A stretch of 64,000 bases of DNA. Source: Geosiphon pyriformis uo1. Taxonomy: Eukaryota; Fungi; Glomeromycota. Below the pieces are notes generated by a model. It made no database searches. It was not told the origin of the DNA and saw only the letters and a list, made by a program, of their open reading frames with translations. The position numbers were made by a program, and so were the translations under genes. The stretch covers positions 804,984-868,983 of the forward strand of contig JAAOMT010000200.1 in assembly GCA_016748015.1 (NCBI GenBank), in the 5' to 3' direction. This document shows, piece by piece, positions 24,779 through 37,055 of the stretch; positions within the stretch are counted from its first letter, which is position 1; the number at the start of each line of letters is the position of its first letter.

Positions 24779-27685
24779 TTTGGAAATTTTAAGTACAAAA
24801 CTTTAGATATATAAAGTATATAGAGGCAGTTAACTAAGCTTTGGCTCTTTGAAAATCAAAAAAAAACTCGTGAATAAATTTTTTTTTAAGTGAAGAACCA
24901 CGGTCTTTCAAAGATAAGTTTTTATGGTGGTTTAGGGAGAATTCGAAAAGACAAATGAGTTTCTCTTTATATAAACGTGCATCCTGAATTAAAAATGATA
25001 AAAAGTTTACTTGACACACAAGTAAGGCTAATTAATTTTTAAATTATAAAATTGAAAAACCTACTACACCGAACCAGGTGTAAACATCCTAAAATAATAA
25101 AATATACTGGTATTTTTAGCACTTCTTTAATTGACAAATCAGCAATATAAAAAGGCTTTTCGGGCACAAAGAAAGAATCCCAATTGTGAAACCCCATCGG
25201 CCACTTAAATTCATTAGTTGCGGATATGGTAGATAATGTAACCATACTAAAATTGTAAATATATTTTTAGCAGATATACATTAACCTCTCAAATAAAGTT
25301 TGAAGCAAGGATAAAAGATTTTCAAGAGTGACTATGATTTGCTTGTTCATTATCAGAATTCGATAGATGGCAACAAATGTCACGGGCCAAGACTTTTTAG
25401 GTTTATGGTTCTTTTCCCTATTCATTTCTACATTTTTTGCTTTTGATATTACGTTACTTGCTGAGAATCTAAGGATAAATTCTAAATTCCTTAGATTTCA
25501 AAATTTTTTGCCTTTTAATAGATTTGATTATTTGCATATATATTAAGACACATTCTCTAATATCCATTTATGGTTAAATTTTTTTTAGAGTGTTGCCAAA
25601 ACAAAATGAATATGTGATCGCGGGACTTAATTTATAATTCTAGTTTAGTGATACCAATTTCTAATTCTTTCATACGGAATCTTAAAATAATAATAACTCC
25701 GACTATTCTTAGGAAGAAGTAAAGTCTCTCTCTCTATATTTCTTTTTCCTACCTCTTTCTGTCAAATGGTAGTACAATCCAATAGATCTCATCTTTCATC
25801 AAAACAATGTATGACTAAGGAATTTCACCTGTATATTGTGCTACTAAAATATGCGCAAATTTTTACAAAGGCACATGTTCATGAATACAATCTTTAATGC
25901 AAGAATTTTTCCCGTTATTACGATTGGCTACCAATTCATTGTTTAAAAGAGGTCGCGTGCTTCTTTCAACTTTCCATTTTGGGATGATACATAATATTAC
26001 CAAAATTAAATTATCTACTGCGAAACATACACTATGAAATCCAAAGGTTTATTTACGTATCAAAGAAACTGTAAAAAATCAAAAATCAAAAATCAATAAA
26101 TTATTAATTAGTGCCATGACAATTTTCAATTCTATTGGTTAATAATTGGAAATAACACATAAGAAAGAAATTAGGGAATGATTTTTTTTATTTTTTTTTT
26201 AAATTGATACAATCGTGTTTGCGGTTCCATCCAAATTAAAAATTTAAAAAGGGTTTCGTACTGAATTTCATTGCAGGAAACATGTCAAAGGGGTGTCAAA
26301 AGAAAAAATGCAACATTGCTTTGATGATCACTAAATGCCAAGTCATTTGACATAAAGAAAACTGAAAAGAAAGGGTGAATTTGCTTTGAAAAATAACAAA
26401 AATACATAAAATTTTATTACATCACCTTTTAAAATTTTATTTTTCATATTTATTCAGTTTCATTTGATAACAATAAAAAAAGATTATTTTCAGTACAGAA
26501 ATCAAGAATTAATTTAAATAATTTCTTTTTTCAAATTTTTTTTTTCAATATAAACTTAATCACTATTATTAGCTACAAATTAATGTATGTAATACAAGCG
26601 TTACATTAATATCTAGTTTAAAATTTCCACAATCTTTCATATCAAAAAGATGGATAATTTCCAAAAAAATTTATGTAAGAATCTTAAATCAAACATACAT
26701 AAGACTTGATATCTAAATTAAGCAAATTCTCTTTATATTTGCATATAAATTCATGTGTGCTCATGTGACAAAAAAAAGGTTACATTTTTACTTGGGGACA
26801 TTTGGTAAACAGTCTAACCACAAAACTCATCGATAGCCATTTACAAGTTCCCTGTAATTTAAAAAATATGCAGCTGATTTGAATGCAAAAATTTTTGATA
26901 AACCAAATTTTGATAACCAATTTCTGCTGAAGCTCCTTAATTTAAAATAATTATAATTCTAGAAAAATGCTTCTTGTGAAAGCGGAAGATTTAGGTAGAT
27001 TGTCAATTTGGGATAAAAAAATATCCAAGTTTAGAAAAATGGTTCATTCTTTGCATCTAAAATAATGAGTCTCAAAGAATGTTCCGTTTTCAAAAGGATC
27101 TTTTCGATAAGTGAAATTCACATAAAAAAATTTTAAAATGTATAATTGATCAGTTATGTGTGTGTCATTTTGACAGCTGCAGCTTTTAAGAATGCATGCA
27201 CATTATCTTTTTCGATCGCGTGAGAACAGATGTGGTTTCAAAGAATAAATACTTTATCTTTGTATTATGTAAAACTTCTTGTATGCTATCCTCGAATGAT
27301 TTTAAAAGATCTTTGGGGTAGCTTTTGATATGTCAGATTTTGAAACTTGATAATATTTTCGAACCTTACAAAGCATGAAATCAAATGTTTGAATGTGATT
27401 GAGATGTTCTTTTTCCCTCCATCTATTCAATAAAAAATGGTTCTTATTTAGCCAAAATTGAGGAAAAAGGAAATTGGTCAATAATTTTGATAGGTTGTAT
27501 GAAAAATAAAGTATTTTCTAGATCCAATTTAAAAGTCTAAAGTCACTTTATTATCATTTCTTGTAGCGATTCAAAAAAAAAACAAAATCTAAAAACACAA
27601 ATTAGCTTAATTTAATAGCTTTACAAATATTTTGATCAGAAAAGGCTGGTTAAAGTTCTATCAATGATTGAAAATAGTCAAAGTT

Positions 27686-28618
27686 TCAAACGTTACTGCA
27701 AATGCTTTCTCCATTTGTAGGAAGTCTTTGATACTCTCCACCATAGTAATGGGGATTGTGATTTCTATATCTGGCAAAATATTTCGAAATACCAAGGGCC
27801 GTCAAAAAGAGAATAGCAGCCGTTAGCAAAGGATAGAAAACAATTTTCCAAGAATGGATAAAAAGTGAAGGTTGATTGTTTAAAGTGTTTGTTTCTTTTA
27901 CAATAATCGGAATGACCTCGATAGATGCATTTTTATACGGTCGTTTTTCGTCAGCATTTTCATTATTTAGGTGAGGAAATTCAGCTTCAAAAACTTCTTT
28001 GAAGTCATCAATAAAATTAGGTAAACATTCCGTGATATCATTTTCGATATCATCGAAAAAATATTTAAATGTCTCTGTGTTAGAATTTTCATTATTCAGT
28101 GTTGTTTTGAGAGAAGGATTCATAAAGGCTGGAAGATGGTTAAAAGGTAACATAGAGTTATGTGATAATGACCCTGCATAGGAAAAAGGCTTTGAATCAA
28201 AAAAGGGTCCGGATGTCCCCTTGAAAATTCGTTCCATTTCTTCGAATGCTGAGGGATATGTCTTTCTAGAAGATTCTTTACTGAAAGGCATAAATTTAGA
28301 CAACCTTGATGGACTATTTGTTGATCCTTCATGTTCTACAATGGTTATCTCTATTTCTTCAACATTGCCTTGATCACCAAGCTCTCCAAAAGTTCCTGTG
28401 ATTTCAATGATGTCTTCAATAGCTGGATACAATGATGCAGAATTGGAAGATGAAATTTCGTCATCGTAGCCCGTTATTTTTAAGTTAATTTCAGTTGAAC
28501 CATCATCGCCAACTTTAGGAATAATTTCTTTGATTTCAGGTGAAGCAATCGTAAAAAGTGAAAGGGTGACAATGAACAAAAAGAAATATAATTGAACGCA
28601 AGAGTTCAGGAATTTCAT
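27686..28618 (-). CDS. Type I membrane protein of unknown function (signal peptide, acidic ectodomain, TM, short tail with NPxY and YQRL)
   Basis: 310-aa single ORF. Hydrophobic N-terminus ending ...LFTIA/SPE, TM IVFYPLLTAAILFLTALGI, tail NHNPHYYGGEYQRLP. Confidence 0.8.
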   Translation of the reverse strand: MKFLNSCVQLYFFLFIVTLSLFTIASPEIKEIIPKVGDDGSTEINLKITGYDDEISSSNSASLYPAIEDIIEITGTFGELGDQGNVEEIEITIVEHEGSTNSPSRLSKFMPFSKESSRKTYPSAFEEMERIFKGTSGPFFDSKPFSYAGSLSHNSMLPFNHLPAFMNPSLKTTLNNENSNTETFKYFFDDIENDITECLPNFIDDFKEVFEAEFPHLNNENADEKRPYKNASIEVIPIIVKETNTLNNQPSLFIHSWKIVFYPLLTAAILFLTALGISKYFARYRNHNPHYYGGEYQRLPTNGESICSNV

Positions 28619-30559
28619 TGTAAAATATTGTTTACGATTCTTTGTTAGGGATCAAATTGGATCGTTTTTTTTTTTGATAACTTTTAGCTTTGTTGGAATA
28701 GTTAGTAGATTTATAGATGAATAACCGAGTTCTTTAATCAATCAGAGCTGATTCCAAAGCAAGAAAATAAGGGAGGATGCATAGATCAAATTATTGGCAT
28801 CATGTTACTGAAAGACCTATGATCAAAATTGATATTTATAGAAAAAAGCAAAATAATTGATCTGATGATAATTTTTCTAGTTTTGCAAAAATATTTTACC
28901 CGCTAAAATCAAAAATTACAATGTTTGGACTCTGAATATGTTCGCGAAACTTCCTCTTGAATCCTCATACCAAACAAAGATGTTGATTTATTAGTGCTTA
29001 CTAATTTTATAGCGAGCTCGATGAAGGAAATATATAATTTTTATTGCTTGCTATTCTGATGACCAGAGTTTATTTCGGAAAAAGTCTTAAGCCTTCCATA
29101 TGTACATTGCTTATTTTTATGAAGCCATAAATTTATAGAATGTCATTTATATGATAAAAATAATTTTTATAATTCAAAAAAAATCTTTAAATTTAATCAA
29201 AATCATCATAAATAGCTTCAAATGGAGAGGGTATTAATAAATACTGTCTGGATTAAAGATTAATATATTTAATTTAAAATTTGGAGGTTTACAGAGAATG
29301 TCTTCTTCTAAAGTTCCTTTCTGTATCAAATAAAAATTGTTGGTAATGTCGAAAGCACCATTCCTGAGAACTCTCTTTCGGATTCAGTAGATATAATTAA
29401 AGAAAAAATTCTTCTCTTGAATTATTTGTTCTCAGATAACTTAACTGCAGTGCGGGGATAACCAACTGACTAATGTATGCTTAGTCTTTGCCGTTTATAA
29501 GTTAGCTTGTGCTGTCCCTAACTCAGCAATCTGAAAGGAACTAGCTACTTTTAAATGTTTGAGGTATTTTTATTTGTTTACAATAGTTTTCAATACTATT
29601 ACAAATACCTGACTTATCATTGGATTATTTTTAAGGTTACTATTTTTTTAGCCATTAATTTATATATTCTCGGATATTAATGAAAAACAGCATGAAAATA
29701 TTAACACTAAAATTGAAATCGAACCTTAACATTAAGTAATTTTGTCAAAAGAGTTTATCATCCTGCTTCTCGAGCATCTTTTGAGAATATCAGCGCAAAA
29801 AATACTTTGATTTTAAATTGTTTTCTTTTTTGTAAAATTCATTCAAAATTTATAAGCACTTTTTTTTATCCTGGTCTTATTTATAGAGATTGAGATAATG
29901 AGAACCTTTAATTAAAATTTATTCAAAGTGAAGGATTCTAATATGAAGCGAATAAATTCATTCGTTAAAATTTTACTATATAAAAAAAATAAGATAAATT
30001 TATATGTTAAAATAAACTACGATGATATCTTTTATCACGACAATGCGTTGCTTCAGATATCTTTTATGTCGAATTTAAAATTTTATTTTTATCAAACCAT
30101 AATTTTCTACTTCTCTATTCTATTAATTACACGATAAGAGTTTAGAAATCTTAGTTATGCATTAAATGTAATTATAAGATATTTTTACAAGAATTATTAA
30201 TATCCCCAGTTTACCTTTAGATACCAAATACTTGGGATCATCTAATTTAAAAAGATAAGTCCTTGCACACAAAATTTGTTAAACCAAGTGTGGTAATTTT
30301 TAATTTATAATTACTTTTCATTCAACGACGTTGCAAAATCTAAGATAACCATTTTCCGGCAATTAAGATATCTGGGATTGAATGAACACTAATCATCAAC
30401 ATTTTAAAAATTCTTATCGAAAAAAGACAGTAAAAGGTAAAGTATACTCGAATATATATAGAAATACCTCTTGAAATAAATGATAAAAAATTATACATTA
30501 AAAGTGTAAGAATCTTTTTTGCATTTATATATCTGCAAAAGTTGTAATCCTCGGTGAAA

Positions 30560-32395
30560 ATGTTACTAAGAATGATACACGACAAATCAAATTTTTTCCT
30601 AATATTATTCTTATTGAATCTCTCCAGAGTATCTCAAGGTTTTCCAGCGACAGAGGTATTAAGTCCATCAATATTATCGACTCCTACCATTCAATCAATA
30701 AAAAATGAAGCTCAGCAACAAGTTATACCACAAGAAGAAATCAACCTCATCACAACATCACAAAATTTTGACCCTGAATTCCCCTTGAAACAACAAATTG
30801 TCTCATTAGCTGGGATATCCATGGCATTTATATCGATTACTGGATGTCTTTTTGTTTTCATTCATGTTTATAAGTCCTGGAAACTTAATGATAAAGTTCC
30901 ATTGCCAACGTCATTGACTGTGCCTACATATATAGCGTTAAGCAGTGAGTTTTCTGTTTATGATTTCAGGAAAATTTATTGATGTGAGGTTTTTAATTTT
31001 CAAAATTTCAAAATTTACAGGTCTATTTACACATACCCAATTTTTATTTAATCTGGTAAAAAATTCATAACTTATCGAAAAATTTAAAAGGTCTTTACTT
31101 GCAGCATTTTACATGGAACGCAAATAAATATTACTCTCTTTTGGTTTTCATTTTTTCATTTAGGGTTACCCATTGATACATCTTCGTCTATGGCCACCAC
31201 TGCCTTGTAAAATTTTAACCTATTTATTTTATTGCTCTTTCGCCATAGACCTGGCTATATCAGTTTCAGTTGCCACAATCACATATTTAAGAGGTAATTT
31301 CAAAATTTTAATCATCATGATTAAATAAACTTTTATTTTTTGAAGCAAAATCTCCTTTTTCTCACATTTTATGTTATGGTGTGAATGGATTATTTTTAGT
31401 ATGCCAAAATAAAGCAATCTCTTTGGGAAAAAATGACTGGAAATTATTGATACCACAAGTTCTATTACCTGCACTTTGTGCACTCTCTATTTTATTTTAT
31501 AATAGTACCTCGGTGGAACTTACATACGGGTAGGAATTTATTTCTTTTTTTGTTTCTCTATGGTCAGTTGAATAGAAACTTTCAAGCCGTGCACTAATTT
31601 TGAAACTGAAAAAAATCATTGAACAGGTGTTATACAACTACAAAAAACCCTATAAACCGTGAAACCTTGTTTACAATCCTCATTCATCTTTCAGCAATGT
31701 CCTGGATTTTTTTTTGCTATCAAAGAACATTAAAAAAGATAAAAACAATTCGGAAAGTTCAGATTTCTATACAGGATGAGGAATCAATCAGAGGGACACA
31801 AAGTTATTACCAAATGCGACTTAATAAAATTCAACAAATTGTGAATCGAAAGATTTTTAGTTATTGTTTACTATACGGATATCAGCTGGTAATTAATGAA
31901 TCAAGAATATACCTATTTCATCAAAGCTCCAAAATTCTAATCAAGTTTATTATTCAAAACTTTCACTTTACAGATAGTAGCGATCGGGCTTATCTTCATG
32001 GCATTGGTTAAAGTAAGGCTTTTCATCTAAATTCAAACTCAAATTAAACAACAAAATAGTAATTCAAGTAACCTTACAATATTTCACTGATTTTACACTT
32101 TTTTAAAGAGAAACGAATATTTAGGTTTACATGTACTTTTTGTGATAGCATGCAACAATAACGGGTACGTAAAGTTTTCGAAATTATTATTATTATTTAC
32201 TTTGTTCAATAGTTTTAACAAATTCTACCTTGACCATCTTAAATAAAATATTTCAGAACGATAAATGCAATTCAATTCTTTGTGAATGAAGGGTTCAAAA
32301 ATCAAGATTATTCATTATCAGCCAGTCAAATTACGACATCAAACGCTCGAATATCCACAAAATTCGAAGAATCTCAAATTAATTCACGTACTTAA
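30560..32395 (+). CDS. 7TM receptor, Git3/cAMP-receptor-like GPCR, paralog 2 (signal peptide + S/T/P-rich N-terminus); exons 30560-30944, 31021-31055, 31164-31293, 31400-31529, 31627-31888, 31974-32012, 32109-32164, 32257-32395
   Basis: All splice sites are GT-AG and in phase. Product MLLRMIHDKSNFFLILFLLNLSRVSQG/FPAT...seven TM segments...TYLRVCQNKAISLGKNDWKLL...NGTINAIQFFVNEGF...INSRT*. Confidence 0.87.
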
Positions 32396-33868
32396 CCATT
32401 TTGGAAAAATGCTGTTAGATATTCAAGATCCCAAATCAGTTGGTAACAATATATCAATAATTAAAAACTAATTTTTAAATTTACAATTATTCAAAATATT
32501 CTTGGACTAATGGAATTTTTTTCCGAAAAAATCAATAAAACAAACAATCAAGCAAACTAATATTAATACATAATTTTGAGCCGAATTAGCGCCCAATTTA
32601 TAACATTTGATATCTAAACTTTTCAACAACATTTAATATACTTTTATTGTGGCTAGAAAATTCTCTTCAACTATTTTAACTTTATTCATAACGTTTGAAT
32701 TCTTATCAAGTCTGTAGACACGCTGGCCATTTTTTGTGTGTCGAAATTCATTCTGATACTTCTTTGCTACAACACCCTTCGAAGTTAGCGTTCTGTTGCA
32801 AATCTTAAAAGTACTTCAAATTGCTCTCCTCAGTCCACATAAACCCTGCTATCCTACCTACTCAAAATAATATGCAATTCTAATTTTAGAGGTGAATATT
32901 TTGAAAACTCATTTATTTTTAGCCCATTAAAGAGCCGGGCTTATCAAATATTTTTTAAAAATATAATAAATTCGTGAAAAGAAACTGCATATTACAATAT
33001 TTTTAACAAAAAATTGCTTATTTTTGAAAAACAAAGATTTATCTCAAATGTTTTTAATTGTCTTGGAAACATAAAATTTTGCTTTAATGTCATCACTTTC
33101 GAATTTGAATTTAAATTCGAAGAAGAAACATTAGTTTTAATCTTGATATTTAAACAATTTGTGAACTTCTTTAATGACATTCTGCAGTTTTGCTAGAAAA
33201 TGCACAGAATTATTCGAATCTTTAAAATATTAAATCTAATTATTATAATTTAGAAAAAAAGTTTGAGAATTTTTTTTGGGTTAAAAAAATTCTAAAAAGT
33301 CATAATGTTGATACTCGAGGTCAAAAAAAAATTGACTACCAGAAATTTTGAACTTTAATTTTGGCCATTCTGAACGAAGAAATGTAAATATAACAAGTTA
33401 AACTTGCAGGATAAATGCTTATCTGGTGGATTATGTTTAAAACAAACCAATCCAAAGGTTTTGAAGAAATTTCTAAATCATCTTTTAACCAATTCATATA
33501 AAACACAGCAGCTTCTCGAGACTAATCTCTAGCTTTTAGGAAACCTTGATGAATACCGGCTCTACCTTATCAATGACTCACTTATACATTTTTATGGTTT
33601 TTGGATTGTTGTTATCTTGTATTGTTACTTCCAAAAGAATATAAAAACTCAGTAGCTCGTTTTATTTTTGATGATGCACAACATACAGGAAAGCAGCCAT
33701 ATCTGGAAAAATTCAGGGTATTTCAATAGTTCAATGTTACCAAATAAATCTTGATCTTAGGAAATATATATATATATATCTTATTAAGTAAGGAAACACA
33801 GATGATAATGCTGTACAAAATGAAATTTCACGCTTTATAACGTGATTTTTAAATAAATTTTGCGTTTT

Positions 33869-34787
33869 ATCAGCGACCTTTATATCTGTACAATTATTAA
33901 TTCGAAAGCAATTTTTTTTTCAAAGGGGTCACTCAATCGTGTCAATTGATAATAGGTAAAATAACATTTCTATTTTTTAAGGGAGAGACATAATAGAAAA
34001 CTGATAACTCTTAAATTTAGGCTATAGATCTTCGGAGGATAGTTATTCAAATCGGAGACTTCAATTAATACATCTGACGATACAAATGAGATTTGGACTT
34101 AAGACATTACAAAGTCATTCTCTGCATTATCACCTCCATGGGAAAATTAAATACTTCAGGTTATGCTATTCCAAGCTATTACCGCACAGCTAGTTGAAAA
34201 TAATAAAATGATAAACTTGGGAGGTTTAACACCATTAATATCACCATGTGAAAACTCATTTGCCACTTTTGAAACAAAAACACAAGAATGGAAAACTTTA
34301 TATTCATTCCAATCATTCAAAAATCTTTATTTTTGGTGGCTGTATCAAATTTTACCCAGATACCAAAGAAAAAAACCAATATCTTTGAATGAATGGATGT
34401 GTACATATTGAATACAGAAAAACTGCCCTATACCTGGAAAAAGCAGAATATAACTGGAGAGCCACCTATTGCCAGACACTCACATACCATGACAATGGTA
34501 GAAAATAATGCTATTATCACTTTTGGTTAGTAATGCATTTTAATTTGAAAAAAAATCGAATTTGAAGCAAAAATATTAGAACACTTTCTAACTGACAAAC
34601 TATTCACATGCATCTTAGGTTCAAGTGTAAATATTCTTTGAGAGTATAAAGATTTTTTGAATTTCATCTGGAAAGCATTTGTTTTGTTACTGAATTTTCA
34701 TTGAATTATTTCCTCAGGCAAATGGGCGAAACGATAGACACTTTTATGTATTAGGTACTACAACATTTATTTGGCAAACTGAATACA
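33869..34787 (+). pseudogene. Kelch-TM pseudogene (paralog of 53611-55501)
   Basis: ATG and signal peptide deleted, TAC changed to TAG at ~34025, frameshift at ~34143, internal deletions removing several blades, stalk and TM region deleted after WQTEY. Confidence 0.9.
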
Positions 34788-34965
34788 ATGAGAATTTTGA
34801 AATCTTAGGAAATTTACATTATCTTTAAGATTTTTAAATTAAAGAATTGTTTTATTTCTTACCATCATATTTGAACTGATATAATAAAACAGAAAAATGA
34901 GGTATATGCATAAATGTGTTATCACATTAATATACATATAAACCTTTTTTTCGTGAAAAATCTTA

Positions 34966-37010
34966 CAGTGGGTAAAAAAAAACATAATTTCGAGAATTTT
35001 TTTCATTTGGCTGAACCTGCGACAATAAAAGCAAATCAAATGGCAGTTTGCCTTTCATTTATACGAAAACATATCTTACTTCTTGCTCTTATAAACCCTG
35101 AGTGCTTTGTTTTTAACAAGACAAAATTATGTTGGAACCACTTTCAAAAGTGTTCGAATTTTGAAGCAGAATATAACTTAGAGGTGATTTTGGAGATTCA
35201 AGCATGATCAGTACCTGAAGACATAATAAAAAAGTAGCAGAGGTAGTTTTATTGATTAAATGGCACATTACAGCTTATACTTTTTGAACTTTTTGAAATA
35301 TAACAATAGTGACCAATATTGATATTGAATCGATGATTCACTTTCCACTCCAACTTTCACAAATTCCAAGATCTCAAAATAATCCATCAGTGTTTCTACC
35401 TCAAAAATAAAAAAACAAGGATTTCTTACTGATTATATTACATGTTCATTATCTGAAAAAGACAAGTGGCATTTCAAAGAGTGGGTATTGAATATGATTG
35501 TATCAAATAGCTTTTCATTTACTTTCATAGAAAACCAAGAAATACAAGATCTTTTAATTTTATCATAGCAACTTTAAAGTTACACAACCAATGAGCAACT
35601 GGAAATCAAATTATTAAAAAATCAATAGGAAAAATGTCACAACATGCACCTGCAAATGAAATTGGAATAACTACAGCTTTTGATGGCTAGAAAACCATTA
35701 AATAAAAGCATTTTTTAGTGTCATTTTAATTATTTCTAAAAAGAAGCTTTAGTTTGGAATATATATAATATTAATAACCAATAATTAAAGAATTGAAGAT
35801 ATAGAAGTACTTATTAAAAATGTAATAGAAAATGCTGAAGAAAAGTGTATAAAAATTAATTGCTATGTATCAAATTCTGCTAGAAAATATGTGGTTGCAA
35901 GGTAAATATTATATTTATATTAATTTGTTTATATTTAAATATGATATTAATAGTACTATTGAATTTTTTAGACCACAATTAAGAATTAAATATTTGAATG
36001 AAATATTTATATTTTGTATACCACATTAGATAAACTTGGTTTTTGTGATGTTTTTAAGAAGTCTAAGCATATAAAGCAATATTTGAAAAATGGGAATATT
36101 TATTGTAAGTTACTTTTATTTCTTTTTATATTTTACTGAATTACTACAAAATAAGCAATTGTAATGTCATAAACAAAATATTTTTTTGCCACTCCAGCTA
36201 AAAAATGTTGGAACAGTTTTTATTTTTATTTTGTTTTAAAAACTGAGACTGTAGTTAAAGTAAATAATATTTGATAGATTTAATTAATTATATCTTTTTA
36301 TTTATATAATTAGACATTAAATACAAAATTTTTGCCATAAAAAATTGACAAAATTAGTACTTTCTGAAATGGATAAATATAATATCCATTTTATTAAAAA
36401 ATACCAATTTAAGCAAAACTTTATATCTAATATTGTATCAGTTATACAAAATTTGCTATGGTCATTATGTATCATTTATTCAAAATACTGATTTCAAAAT
36501 TTTCTTCTATTATTTCGGGCTTTTTTATATACATTTTGGCTAGTAGATTAATTACTATTATTATACATTGTTTAAAAGAACACCAACACACATTTTACTA
36601 ATTAATTTAATGAAACTATTATTAATTTTTGGAAGTCAATAAGAGATTTAACATTAGAATTGTCTTAATTTGTTATGCAATTATTTGAAATATCTTTTAA
36701 TTTGTTTCTATTAAATGATTTATAATCAAACATAGATTTTTTATGCAAATATATATATATTTAAATTTTATGTTATTAATTCTAATTTTTTATATAAGTA
36801 TAAAAAAGTATTAACAATCAATTTTTTTAGGATTATTCAATAATTTACTGGAAGCTCTTATTGCTTTTATTCTTTAATAAATCTTCATAATTTAATTAAA
36901 TTAATTATATTATAAAATTTTGAAATGACTTATTAGATCTTTTAGTTTTTTAAATGATCAATGACCAGTCATTGGTCATTTGGGTCATTTTAAGTCATTT
37001 ACCATCACTG
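34966..37010 (+). mobile_element. Degenerate hAT-superfamily DNA transposon
   Basis: BED-like Zn finger remnant (AVCLSFIRKH...PECFVFNKTKLCWNHFQKC), MIVSNSFSFTFIENQE (DUF4371-like region), GITTAFDG*K (catalytic DGW). Right end has GTCATT subterminal repeats and terminus ...TTTACCATCACTG (reverse complement CAGTGATGGTAAA). Possible left end CAGTGGGTAAA at 34966. No 8-bp TSD found. Confidence 0.78.
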
Positions 37011-37055
37011 CCCAAGAAGTAGCAACCCAATTGCTAAAGATAATATTCCAGCACA

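Larger units (their letters stand above)
29761..34948 (+). repeat. Copy 2 of the GPCR + kelch duplication unit (direct repeat of 49232-55865)
   Basis: Start tcctg..cgagcatcttttgagaatatcagcgcaaaaaatacttt matches 49232. End tcacattaat...atataaacctt matches ~55832-55862. Confidence 0.95.

Noticed and set aside
24780-25600. Several GATAA sites upstream of AMT as nitrogen-regulatory GATA elements
   Set aside because: Plausible biologically, but about six sites in this AT-rich DNA is not clearly above chance.
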